From: Paraphysomonas bandaiensis
Taxonomy: Eukaryota > Protista > Chrysophyceae
Assembly: GCA_965644295.1 (NCBI GenBank)
Contig: CBFFRP010000433.1
Span: forward strand, 310,001-374,000
Direction of reading: 5' to 3'
DNA length: 64,000 nt
Made by a program: the position numbers and the translations under genes. Below, piece by piece: positions 22,515 to 35,000 of this stretch. The notes under the pieces are model-generated. The model worked only from the letters and a program-made list of their open reading frames with translations. It did no database searches and was not told where the DNA came from. Each line of letters begins with the position of its first letter. Position 1 is the stretch's first letter.

Positions 22515-25193
22515 ATGCGTATACCTCTATATGCTGTATGGTGCACTCTGCTACTGTTGATTTATATCCCGTTGTGTCGACCAGATGAGGTTCCTAATGA
22601 CGCAAAGTTACTTTGGGATCGAATTAATGCCCCTTGGGACACATGGTGGGAGTTGTGGCATGGTCTAGGAGCATGCAGAGATGATAAGAGTCTCTTATTC
22701 GGTATCGATGATGAGATTTGTCGGCGAAGACGATGTATTATTTCATGGGGTGTGTCTGCTTTAATTGATTTAGATAAATTACACTTGTCTGATAACCCAG
22801 CTGATATTTCATATGATGGACATTTACATGATTGTTCCCTCCCATCTGGGGGTCAGACACGCTCCAAAAATTCCCCGAAGGTAACATTCGTATACACGTT
22901 ACATGGAAACGATGCAATGACTGCTAGGTCACTCATTGAAACTTTTCGAACAGCCCATGAAATATCCAGTGCTGAGTTTGTTATCGTTGATGATGCAAGT
23001 GATGTTCCTATGCCGTATACCGATCGCGTCATTAGACACTTAAAGAATATGTTTCAGACCGATATATCCACCATTACTCATACCGTTTCAAAGGGATTTG
23101 GCGCGAGCAACAACGTCGCTCTACGTCATGCTGTAGGAGAGTATGCGGTGTTATTAAATAGTGATGTACAAGTTCTTCCAGGGTGGATTACTTTGCTGAT
23201 GCGGACCATATTAACATACCCTGGTAAAGTCGGTATGGTTGGTCCGCTGCAGATATCGACTAGTCTCGAAGTTAATGAGGCTGGTGGGCTTCTATTTAGA
23301 GGGGGCTTGCCGCATAACATGGGACGTGGAAGTATTCCCAATAAGCAAGCAATGTATAACGCACGCATTGTGGATTACATTTCCGCTGCATGTGTACTAT
23401 TTCACCGCGAGACCTTTCTTGGCCTGGGTTTGTTCGACCCAGCATTCGAACCAGCCTACTATGAAGACACGGATGCTGCTGTTACGATGTATGAGCATGG
23501 CTACTTGACAATTCTTCAACCACTTGCTGTTGTAATTCATAAGGAAGGTGGAACAATTTCTTCTCAGACCAAAGAGGACTTGATGAAAAATCACAAGAAC
23601 CTGTTTTACAATAAACATAAAAGCCTTTTGGATGGATATTGTCCTGATCGACCAGGAAACTGTCATCAACCCATCTCGACGCATGATTTACATACGCATA
23701 TGTCGTTTATGAAACAGCCTAATAGAGTTTTAGTATTTGATCTCATTCCCCCGGAGCCTGATAAAGATGCTGGATCGATACGCTTGACAGAAATATTTCG
23801 CATTTTGCAGCAAGAAGGATTTTCAATTACGTTCGAACCCCTTTCCACGGGTCGGCATGTAAAATACATTCTCAATATACTTGCCAGTGGTATCAATTAT
23901 ATCTACCCTGAAACTGTTAAAGGTATGTCCCGGTACGCCCAGGAGCATGCTCCGCACGTACCACTGTATAGTTGCCCTTGGAAGCTAATAATTGCCTGTC
24001 GGAGGGATGTATTTTACAATCAGATTTTGCACCTTAAGCGATTGTGTCCCGAAACACCCATTATTTTTGATACTGTAGATGTTCATTTTCTTCGAGAAGA
24101 AAGAAAATTAGCCCAAGAGTGGGTTGATTTCACTGCTCAACATCAAAACTCTTCGCGAGCGGAGAAAAAACAAGGCTGGAATCGATTTCGAATTGCAAGA
24201 AACTCTTTGGAGAGCATGACATTTAGAGAAATGTCACTCATGAAGCTTGCCAATGTGACGTATGTTGTTAGCACCACCGAACGCGATTTATTGAAGGAAC
24301 AAGTTCCTGATCTTGATATAAGAGTAGTTTCTAATATTTATGATCCCCCTCCATCTCTACCTCCAAGTGACCCGGTCAATCGTCATGGTGCTCTCTTTGT
24401 GGGAAGTATGTGTCATCCACCAAACATTGGTGCGGTTGAATTCATTGTCCGGAGTATTTTAAGCAACCGCACTTTTCCTGATGGGTTTGTAATGCACATG
24501 GTGTTTTCCCGCCTCCAGGAATGTCCACAGGACATCGTACAAGAGGCTAGAGCGCATCGGCTTGTGAATGTTCATTTGGATGTATCAAATGAAGAGCTGG
24601 AACACCTTCATCATTCTGTAAAAATTGTGTTGGCACCGGTGATGTATGGTGCAGGAGTAAAGGGTAAGGTCAACTACGCATTACTTCATGGAGTACCGGT
24701 GGTGTCGACTACTATAGGTGCTGAAGGCATGAACTTAGTGAATGGCGCCAGCTTTCTCCTGGCTAATACCGAATTCGAATTTTACTCCGCTATTATGAGT
24801 CTGTATACGGATGTGTCTTTGTGGCATACTCTCCGGGAGGGCGGATTAAAAGTGATGCAAAACTATTTCAGCCGGGATGTTGCACACCGTACCATCAAGC
24901 AAACCTTGCAGGACTTGAAAATTGAAAAAGATCCTCCCAAGTGGCAGTGTCCTTATAGCGCAGACAACACATGCCCGTCTGTATTACAATCCCATGGAAG
25001 CATTGTAACACTCTCCACGCTGCCGGATGTCATACACATGTCACCTGTACCTGATAATCTGCAAGAAAAATTTAGATTAGAAACGATGTACCCCTGGTTA
25101 AGAAATAGGCCTGAAAACAACAACACTTTGATTCGTTCGAGCAAGCATCTCAGACAAGGGATCACGAAACAGGCGTTGCCGTTCGGTATTTAG
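22515..25193 (+). CDS. Bifunctional glycosyltransferase, GT2 (GT-A) + GT4-like (GT-B), with N-terminal signal peptide
   Basis: Intronless 892 aa. GT2 motifs VIVDDAS, GFGASNN, VLLNSD, VDYISAAC, FDPAFEPAYYEDTD. GT4-like motifs VLVFD..PEPDKDAGS, IFDTVDVHFLRE, LFVGSMCHPPN, APVMYGAGVKGK, GVPVVSTTIGAEGM. Confidence 0.9.
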   Translation: MRIPLYAVWCTLLLLIYIPLCRPDEVPNDAKLLWDRINAPWDTWWELWHGLGACRDDKSLLFGIDDEICRRRRCIISWGVSALIDLDKLHLSDNPADISYDGHLHDCSLPSGGQTRSKNSPKVTFVYTLHGNDAMTARSLIETFRTAHEISSAEFVIVDDASDVPMPYTDRVIRHLKNMFQTDISTITHTVSKGFGASNNVALRHAVGEYAVLLNSDVQVLPGWITLLMRTILTYPGKVGMVGPLQISTSLEVNEAGGLLFRGGLPHNMGRGSIPNKQAMYNARIVDYISAACVLFHRETFLGLGLFDPAFEPAYYEDTDAAVTMYEHGYLTILQPLAVVIHKEGGTISSQTKEDLMKNHKNLFYNKHKSLLDGYCPDRPGNCHQPISTHDLHTHMSFMKQPNRVLVFDLIPPEPDKDAGSIRLTEIFRILQQEGFSITFEPLSTGRHVKYILNILASGINYIYPETVKGMSRYAQEHAPHVPLYSCPWKLIIACRRDVFYNQILHLKRLCPETPIIFDTVDVHFLREERKLAQEWVDFTAQHQNSSRAEKKQGWNRFRIARNSLESMTFREMSLMKLANVTYVVSTTERDLLKEQVPDLDIRVVSNIYDPPPSLPPSDPVNRHGALFVGSMCHPPNIGAVEFIVRSILSNRTFPDGFVMHMVFSRLQECPQDIVQEARAHRLVNVHLDVSNEELEHLHHSVKIVLAPVMYGAGVKGKVNYALLHGVPVVSTTIGAEGMNLVNGASFLLANTEFEFYSAIMSLYTDVSLWHTLREGGLKVMQNYFSRDVAHRTIKQTLQDLKIEKDPPKWQCPYSADNTCPSVLQSHGSIVTLSTLPDVIHMSPVPDNLQEKFRLETMYPWLRNRPENNNTLIRSSKHLRQGITKQALPFGI

Positions 25194-25436
25194 CTGTTTT
25201 TGTATTGCATACTTTTACTTATTATGTGCGATTTTGACATTTGAGCTTGTCAGCTGACTCAACTCATTACTTTTTTACACTTGAGCTTTCAACAGGTTAA
25301 TAACCAAATACATATATATTCCTCACGTAAAATATTTACCACCCATATGCACGTCGTCGTATTGAGTTGATCGCTAGAGTTTGAACAGAACTAACTTTCA
25401 GTTTTGATCAGATCAGAACTTGAATGTTATAATATA

Positions 25437-26113
25437 CATCTTGGTCGAAAATCATCAGTTTTTTACTCAGTACAATTCTAATTACAATATGCGCATTGTA
25501 CTGTTTCATGCACTGCAGGTGATTCCGTTTGCAGTAGAATCTCAGCGGCTACTTCCATATATCCATATATAGTGCAAATCTTAGCATAAATATTACATAC
25601 CACCTCATATTTTACAGGGAGTACATCTATTGTATATCCACATAGTATAGTTAAGCACTTATCACAGTCGTAGCTATATGATTTAAAGTACTGCTAATCT
25701 TTTCAGTTTACGGGTTAGTTTGTGTACAGTATATATTACGATAGAAGGTGTAGAGAATAATATATCCATATTGCTTTTTTGAAAGTTTGCTTACAATATA
25801 TATATTGCTATACATAAAGCTATATTACAGTGTATAGTAACTACTACTTTTCATACCAAAAGTTTCTCTATTTACTTATATTAAATTATATAGATTATTG
25901 GTTTCATCGTGAACGATAATATTATGCTTACTGGTAAGAAGAGGAAACGTGTTTATACTAGCAAAAGCTTCTGTTTTGAAATACGGCAACATTATTTTCA
26001 CACAACAGAGAAGTTGTTGCTTCTGTTATAACAAATGAGAATATAAAGTCGCATAATGTATAGTCCCATATCCTTTATTCCTTCTCAATTTCTAACCGTT
26101 TTCGACCAAGATG
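25437..26113. mobile_element. Putative MITE (677 bp, AT-rich, non-coding) with perfect 15-bp TIRs
   Basis: CATCTTGGTCGAAAA (25437-25451) and its exact reverse complement TTTTCGACCAAGATG (26099-26113). No clear TSD. Confidence 0.65.
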
Positions 26114-26423
26114 AATTCTAATCAAGAGTGTATACAATAAACTATATCTTCTTCATACGAGTCAATGAACCATATCAGAAAGTAGTACGTTATATTTATA
26201 AACATGACTAAAATTCAAATAATATAACTAAGCGAATATATACAAGAGCACCACAGCATTCATAACAAGATCACTGGGTTTGGCTGATCGGGGCTATCGC
26301 TGTATTAATTCTATCAATAAAGCGAGCTACGAGCTAAGAAGACAATAACAACATCACTTCCCTGATGCTCATTGATCGTGATTACGCACTTTGACACAAA
26401 ACCACCCGGACTCTTAAACCCGT

Positions 26424-28692
26424 TTACAATTTTAATCTGGACGAATGAAATTGACTTCCATCGATTTCCGGCAATCTATAATCAGGTGTAGAAACACCCA
26501 ATAAAGTATCAGTCTCTTTATCGTGATGATAAGCGCACTCCTGATCATAAATGCTATTCGACAATGGCGAAGGTGATTGGCTATGGTCGCTACTACCACT
26601 GCCATTGTAGCTACCGTCAAGCCCTTCGACACGTATGTCGAACTCTTCCAGCTCACTATGATTGCAATAAACACAATTACGAAATGGGTCACAGCGTGGC
26701 AATATTTACACAAACAAAAGTTAATCATACCTGTCATCACTCTCTTCTCGACTAAAAAGCTGCAAAAAGTTATTAGTAAACTTAGCAACAGGAGTAAAAG
26801 ACATACTTGTTTGAACTTAGTCCGCACATTAATCATTTCGCAGACAGCGTAAAAGAGAATAGCAATCCACACGTCCGACACAATCAACATGAAAACAGAT
26901 ACTGTAACCATGACGATAACCCGATCATTCTGTGTATAAAATCTCTGTACATCACAGGTTGTCAATTCAAAACGTGTATGTCGTATACTAACCAAAGTAA
27001 TGTATTTTCACCGAATGCACACATACCCACATGCATGTAATAAATGTAACAAGTGAGACGTTTATGCATCGTCTATGACATTTATATATTCTGCCCATAT
27101 ACTGAAGTGCTATTTTATAATGTACGAACCGATCCGAAGGTCGTGCCCAATGCAACCCAGCCGCCGATTCCCCATACGAAATCCAGAGCTTTGGCGGCGC
27201 ATAATACGTAAAATCTACATCTCGACTTACAAATTCCATAGCTATGAGCAAAGATAAGGTTGCTACCTGTAGGGATTAAATCCATATGATAGTGGCATAG
27301 TTTGATCGCCTAGTCCCTTATTTTGAACATAATTCTTTATGTACCTGATGGATTTATTCATAGACTCCATTCAGTAATCGGAAATATGTAGCACATCGTG
27401 CAATGCTAAAGGTGTCCGATATAGCACTATAAAACTGCACACATACACAACATCTGGTAGTACATTGCTTACCCCATACTGCACCCGCAACATCCCGATA
27501 CGTACAGACACATTCGCACATCTGTGGAGTACATGATTCCAGCTTAGCTCTTGGGAAAACAATTTACAGAAAACAAATGAAAATAATACCTGTATCAACA
27601 TATATTCCATATCCGACAACTGCCGATGTTAATAGTTTTATCGGATAAAAATAAAATAGAGGTATCCCATGAGCTGGAGATGACATTAGTACACTAAATC
27701 GCATTGTAGTTACTGCTGCAATGCTCAAAGCCAAATAGCCAATGCAAACAACCTATATCATTAAAGATGATCACATAAATATGTTTTAAATTCTAGGATA
27801 TAGTTTTACCAGCTGTAGCCATCCTATAGCCAGAATACGATACTTAATATCTCTAAGTAAATTACGCGGCCTTGAGCATGGATACATAAACACTCTCAGT
27901 CGCCTAATATGAATACCAACATCCATTACATTCGTGGTACTGCAAGTCTTAAAACAATGGGGAGAGTAAATTCACAACACACATCTACAGTACACAAAAA
28001 TGTGTAGTATGAATTACCATATGATACATAGGGTTATATTGAGTCATTCAAGCTTTCACATACCGATGAATGTATTTTCTGGCACGGGCAGCCTCTGTGG
28101 AATGCTGCAGGACATTGTATAGCGCCCATCCTTTGCATAACCCAATAGTAGCTAGTACACTTTTTTTTGGAATACTATAAACACGATTTCTTTGAGAAAA
28201 CCATGTGATATCCATAGCTATAGATACCGCAACTAGCAACGCTAAGACTATTTGTGGTCGCACAGACCCTTTCGTAAAGTGACGATATTGAATGGACCCC
28301 AATAACGTTATCAATACTGCACTATTATAATTGGGCCCTGGTGATGTGATTTCAGAGCAAAATGATAATACCAGCCCAGTTAATATGAACAATATGCCCA
28401 TAGACCATGTACTTGATAGTCTGAAATACACTCTCATAGCTCTCTTAGCTTCACTATAAGCCCCCCATATATTAGAAGGTGAAAAATCTGATATGACTAA
28501 AATCAACCAATTGACACACTGATGAAAGGGAGAAGTCAAACAGTTCCTTGCCACAGCAGATGATTTCATTTTCTTTGATTTCTTCTTTTGTTTTGATTTT
28601 TTCATTTCAGATTTGGAATCTAAATAATTTTTTGATTTATGACGATGATGTCGTGGTTTGGTGTTAGTCTGCTGAATGCCATTAGTGTCCAT
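26424..28692 (-). CDS. Multi-exon uncharacterised multipass membrane protein
   Basis: 214-aa first ORF with basic N-terminus and TM segments. Further hydrophobic exons are bounded by GT-AG (e.g. RILAIGWLQL; HGIPLFYFYPIKLLTSAVVGYGIYVDT). Ser/Asp-rich last exon ends at 26424. No family recognised. Confidence 0.6.
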
Positions 28693-29959
28693 GGGTCATG
28701 TGACGGAAGATATCATGTGGAGGAGGCAGGTAAGTGTATGGATATGTATGATATTAACGGTTGTGGAAATGTCGATTGTTTCCACTAGATTTCAGTCTAC
28801 TATTGTATGTCATGCACACAAAATACGGCATTTTCATACAAAATCCCATGATTTCCAGTTTTATAATAATTTCCACTGTACTGTTGCTGCAGGTTCTTGT
28901 TTTTGTGCAGTAGCAGAGCACATAGCACTGTACATCAGTACATTATTGTGATGTCTCGCGTTATGGTGGACGGCAGTAGGAATTTCTACACAGTGCAGCA
29001 AGCCATACTGACCACCATAATGCGAGTACCCACCATCGACAGCATGTCCATATGCATATATAGATATATAGATATCCACACTGAATCTTGGCATTGATAT
29101 TCTGTTGAACTCTAACACTCATCATACGGGCGTAACACCTCCATAGAGTACACCTCTGATGTTAGAACGACTTGTTGGCCTGTACATCACACTGTTTCGT
29201 GACATATGTGCTCTCATTACCTGACCGTTAGTTCCGACCAGATATCAGTTGAACCACATGTCGTTCTACAACAATCACACTCTTCTTCATCGCCTCTTAA
29301 TCGATGAAGGGCCATGTGGTCTCGGTTGTCGTAGAGGCTGGGTCCATTGTTTTGAGATGGGTAGATGTTACTTCGAAAATCAATGGGTTCCTTTACCCGC
29401 GAATCGTTTATTCTCGATCCCCCTCGTCAAAAATGCACGCTTGTCCCAATGGATCTAATACGGCAAAATACGAGCCGGAAACCATTTCGACTATGACGCA
29501 GGATGAGATCGAATACTTTACGAAGCCGTACAAGATTTTTACGACCTGTTCGTGCCAAAATATATACTGACAAAAAAAGCTATTTGATGAATTTTGCAGG
29601 GGGGAACGAATAGATACATACCTTTTAAAGGCGACTACATCTAACCACGGTGGCAAAATTGATTTTTTAAAATGGCTTATTCGGTATAATACTTATTACC
29701 ATTTGCGAAACATATACTCGTCTGTTCAACAACACATGAAGCAGTGCTAAACCCTGCAGAAGAAAGATGGTGCTTTGGGCATAAATATGCGACAACATCC
29801 CTTCTCAAACGGCGGCAAAGAAAAACAAGGGGGTGAAGCACACGTATATCAGAATGAGTAAGTTCAAATCAATAATTTGCAATTCAGGTGAAGATACAAA
29901 AGGATGAATAATTGGGTGAAACATTTAAAATCCATTGTAACCCTAATCGAATAGTGGTT

Positions 29960-30475
29960 CTCGATGGTATCAAGCAATAGTATGTTCCGATTCAATGCAA
30001 CGACGACGAATTGTACTCTTTGATTTATATTTACGAAAACATGTCCATATGTACCAGGTCATGATTTATTGCAACAGCCCAAACACATGCGAGGTGCGAA
30101 ATGGCCATTTGAACCATAACTAATTTCCCAATGATTTTATTCATGGCAAGTTACCAATTCAAGAACGCGACGAGAAAATGAAAACATTTAGCGAGGGACG
30201 CATTCGCGTGCTTATATGCACAGGCGTGCGTTGTCGCGGCATTGATGTCCAACAAGTGGAACTAATGATTAATTTCGACTTTCCCTCCGACATTGACAAC
30301 CAGCTCCATCGAATCGGACGAAGTGGTCGATTTGGAAGAAGGGGGTGTGCGATAAACTTTATGTTTTATGTCCTTCATATATCACAAAAATGCAGCCAAC
30401 GTGGAACAACATTACCAAATTGACCTTAAAGAACTTCCGCTGGGTGATTCCATTCGTCAAAAAATTAGTTTGTAG
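29960..30475 (+). pseudogene. Disrupted, divergent eIF4A-like DEAD-box helicase C-terminal (RecA2) domain only
   Basis: LDGIKQ*YV... / YQVMIYCNS... / FIHGKLPIQERDEKMKTFSEGRIRVLICT...RGIDVQQVELMINFDFP...LHRIGRSGRFGRRGCAINF / VEQHYQIDLKELP. In-frame stops at 29978 and 30121 plus two frameshifts. No motif I/II (DEAD) domain seen upstream. Confidence 0.8.
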
Positions 30476-32021
30476 TTTGTAGGGGAAAACCGTAATAATG
30501 AATGAACGTATATCTTGAATGAATGCCGTAGCCAATACCCTACCGCCACCCATTTTTGATGGGTACCAACATATTGATATGGCAGAATATGTCACCAAAA
30601 TTCATTGCAATTTTCACCAGTTCATTACTGTTGCCCCACACAAGCTTCTACAGCAACAGACAGCACCTAGAAAATGAATAAAAGCGAGCACCTCCCCATA
30701 TCCATCAGTCGACCAATTCTGCAAACAATGTAAAAGTTCGTCGTGTCGTGTGCAAGAGGACACACCTGAGTCTAACGGCGGGAGTCTTGTGAATATGAGG
30801 CAGTGCCGTCTTTGAAAACATCAATCTCAAGAAAGTTTCCCCGCAATCCTCGAAGGAAGAATTCAATCGCGATCTAAACATTTTTAGGGGGGGTTGAGAA
30901 GACGACGTCCATTGTTGCGCTCTCGCATTGCAAGGGAATAAAAAGTGCTCTTTACGGAGAAAGGCCTGCAAATGAATTTAAAAATTTTGCGTCTTAGCTC
31001 TGTTGAAAACAGGTTTGGTGAGGATACGGATTTGCTCTCTCATATTGATAGCTTGAAGTGAAAAGCCTGTACAACTTGTTCCGTACCTTCTACAGAGTGA
31101 AGCTGAAATCGAAGCAACCGATGTACTTGAGATTCCCGTATTTTCCAGCGAAATGTAGATCAACATGAAGCCCCCTTCAAAGTTGAGCCCAATACATACG
31201 ATTGTCTGAACGTTAGTTTTTAATTCCGGAACCAAATCATTGTGTCACATATTTTATCTCAATGGGAAAATGACTATGAGGAATATCGTCGGCAATTAAA
31301 TAGTAAAGATATTAGTTACAAGTCGCCAGAGCATATTGTTCAATTCAGTGGAATAATACTTGTGGAGTACGATTATAATGTTTTTAATCAAAGCTACGAA
31401 ATTAAGAAAACGGTGGATCAAGTTTGGGCTCACAAGATAACGAGTTCAGCACTTGAGTTAGTCAAGGCAATGAGTTATGATATGCTTCCTGAAACGACCC
31501 CCTCCGCAGTAGTCCAGAAGTGTGTCGAATTCCGGAATACGGAACGCCACAAATTAGTGCCGTATTTGCCTAATAGTTTTCTGAAGAAAAGCAATGAATG
31601 AAACCAAATTGATGAAGATTCATTCTGTTAAAAAGCAATGAAAAATTGAGAACATCATCGTATTTTGATTGAAGAACTTGCGCAACACGCTATCCAAAAA
31701 GTCGGAAAGTAGTGATGTACTGCAATCAGACGCACTCACAGTTTAGATATTGCAAAGTCGTAAACTGATATTGATGAATATTACTACTTTTATATTTATT
31801 TAGGAATATAGTTTCATGATGTCTTACGGCACTACTCATTCGACGGAAAAGCCTCATTTGACATTTTGGCGTTTTACACACAACATCACATACAGGGGAG
31901 TATGACATGACCAGCTTACTTTCCGTTTTTAAAACATCACAAACGGTTACTAACCCTAACCCTAACTGTAAAGTTTGCAAGAATGAAATCTAAGTATCAC
32001 AATAGTATTGATACACTTAAA

Positions 32022-35000
32022 TTACCTAACTCTAACAAGTGCAGAGCGATATCGATTCTCATATTTACTTCTTTGGGATGCAGCGTTTTCGTCCCTAGTC
32101 ACGAGGTCATCGAACAAAATCTTCATTTCTTCAAATGCCCTCTCATCCATTTTTTCACATGCGTAATGTCCCAATGTTTCTGCTAAATTACTCTTTGCCA
32201 AATCTCTGTACTTTTCACTTTCCTGTAAGCTTGCCAGGGCACAACGTGCAAGTGATACGGCTCGCTCAGAGTGCAGCAACTTCCTGTGAACTTTACTGCA
32301 GGAAATCAAGGCAAACTCTTGACAATACATCTTCACTGGATCAGACATGAATACCTCATCTATAAAATCCAAATCGCATTTTTCCTCGACACAACGGGTC
32401 TGAAATTCAGTGTAAGGCCTTTGAGGTGTCTCCACGAATACTGAGCGGTAAAATAGAGAAAATTGAGAGCTCGTCAATCTAATGCGACTCATAATACTCT
32501 TAACGCTGCACCATAATAATCGTAGCGATGTCTTGGGTTCTTCATTAAGGTGAGCATGGGCAACGTACACTTCAGCTAAACATGGATGCAAGAAGGAGAT
32601 GCATCTGCAACTCTTCCGATAAGAAGTCAATTCCAAGGCATGCGCAGATAAATTGTCGAAATCATATGAATCAACGCTAATTGGCCCAAATGATCCTGAG
32701 TAAAGCGACAAAAAAGCTAAAAATAAAATAGATTCCCGGTCAAATTCTGTCATTCTCTGGTAGATATTTTCAATGAATAATTTAGGAGGTGTAAATTTTC
32801 CATTAGTCGCTGTATGCATAACAACGTATATATGACGGTTCACCTTTTCATCTATATGCAGTTTCGCGTACGCGACAAGTTCACGCAGAGCACTCCAGGC
32901 ACCAGCAAATGCTTCCACGGAATAAAATTGGGTGCATAAGGCAGAAAGAAAGTCGCACGATAATATCGGGTTTACAGTAATTTGCGCTTTCGATTCAGAG
33001 AGTGTGATATACACAATACTAAGTTTAACACGAAGTTTAGCACGGTCAATTATTTCAGTGTCCAGTGCACCGATATGGTCATCCACTAGTAGTACTACCC
33101 ATCCACGCTGAATAGAATAAAGCCACTGAAGAAGATTCTCAGAACTGGGTGTCGTTTTCAAAATCTGCACATTCGCTTCGCTATTTCTGCTCAGGATCCA
33201 TCCCACAGAGAGCAACACAGTTGTGGCTCCTGATCCCGGATACTTTTTATATATTCGAACTATATCAACAGTACGACCTATATTACATCTAAGACGATTC
33301 AATACATCCATAGCCTGTGGAGTAATAGGTATAGTGCGGGCATCCAGTAGTACAAACGATAACGAGCTTTCACCATGACACCAGCGTCTTAATCGCTCCA
33401 ATATATCGTTCGGTGACAATAACGCTACATCAGACGACGCGGGTATTGGAGTCAAGAATGGTTGTGCTATATCACCTTTAAGTTCTTTCATTTGTACACT
33501 TCCTTGATCAGATAGAGATGACAAAACGGCGATATCCTGCAAGTTTAAGTCTTGAACTTCCAGCAAATTACGTACACGCAGATCATCATGCAGGCACGTA
33601 AACATGAGCGTCTGGATAGTGTCTGGAGACCCCAAATAATGAACAACGGATTGAGCCAGAATTCGACTATTCCAAGTAGTAATCAGCACTATATCACAGT
33701 GTCTTCGATACATAATTTCCGAGAGAGACCGCATCTCATCAGAGTTATGCACACAAAAGTCCAATGTAACAGGTTGGTCATTAACATATTCGTACAACGA
33801 ACTCTTCACATTACTCATATAGTGCTTGTCTTCAGCACGTAGCACCAATACACGTATTACCTCATCGGAGAGTAACGGAGAGTATAAGTCTCCAATTAGG
33901 GCTCCATCCTTCAATCCCTTGGCACGAAGCCAGATCTGAAGTGGAGACACTTTACGAGCAGGTAATAATTCTTTCGTTGAAATGTCTTCTAATTCGTGCT
34001 TTTGCATGCACGAAAGCACTGACTCATCGTCATCGTGGTTTGCATCACACAGTTCTCTATCTAGGCATACACAGTGATACAAGTCAGTATGTAGTGCTAC
34101 TTCCACGCACACCACTACTCGTGATGGTATTTCAATATTGAAATTATTCTCTTCGCAAATCCAATTGAATAAATAATCTGGAGGAGCATAGGTTTTACTC
34201 TGACGAACGGCGTTAATATATTGCGATGCTAATTGTGTAACGTGACAGTCAGTGGAGGTCAAGGTCAGGGAATCGACGGTCAGCAAATTCGTCACAATAT
34301 CATATGTACTGCATTCCACAAGCACTGATCGGCGGTCCGGTTCAGAGGAGTCCAGTATTGAACACCGTCCTACAAAATATCGTAGTGCCTGTTTCGCTTG
34401 CTCAGTAGTTAATTCAGCTCTATAGTACTTTCCTCCATTCCCCCAATCATCTGGGTTATCTCCAGTCACATTGTATACTTTGATCGCAACACACTCTGCA
34501 GGGATCGGTGGGAAAACAGCTCCAAAAAACCTGTCAATTGCTAAAGTAAAGTTGGTCTCTATCATTTCCAACTCAGGGCATGCAATCCCGATGCATGCAT
34601 GATTTTCGTCTGATATGCCTACCCAGAGCTGTGCCGTGTTTCCTGGTTGCACGGCATGAATACAAGGGAGAAACGAAGAGAATAAATAATCTCTTATCGT
34701 ATCACATTTGATCATATTCAAAGTATCGCATAATTTATATTCTCTCCATCGATGTTCACCAGATGGAGAGTGGACTGTACCACACTCCACACTGTCTTTA
34801 CACAGACAAAATTTCACTGTCCTATTGTTCACATGAGGTGAGCACAGTCTGTTGAAGTGGACTTTTTTCAGGCTGTTTAACCATTGTTCAGGTGATACCG
34901 ACATTGAATGAGAGGTACTTCGGCTATCAGGGAGGGTAATGTACGCAGCTTCTCCCAGTCCTTCGCTTGTAACCCTAACATATGAATGTGTACCATGTGA

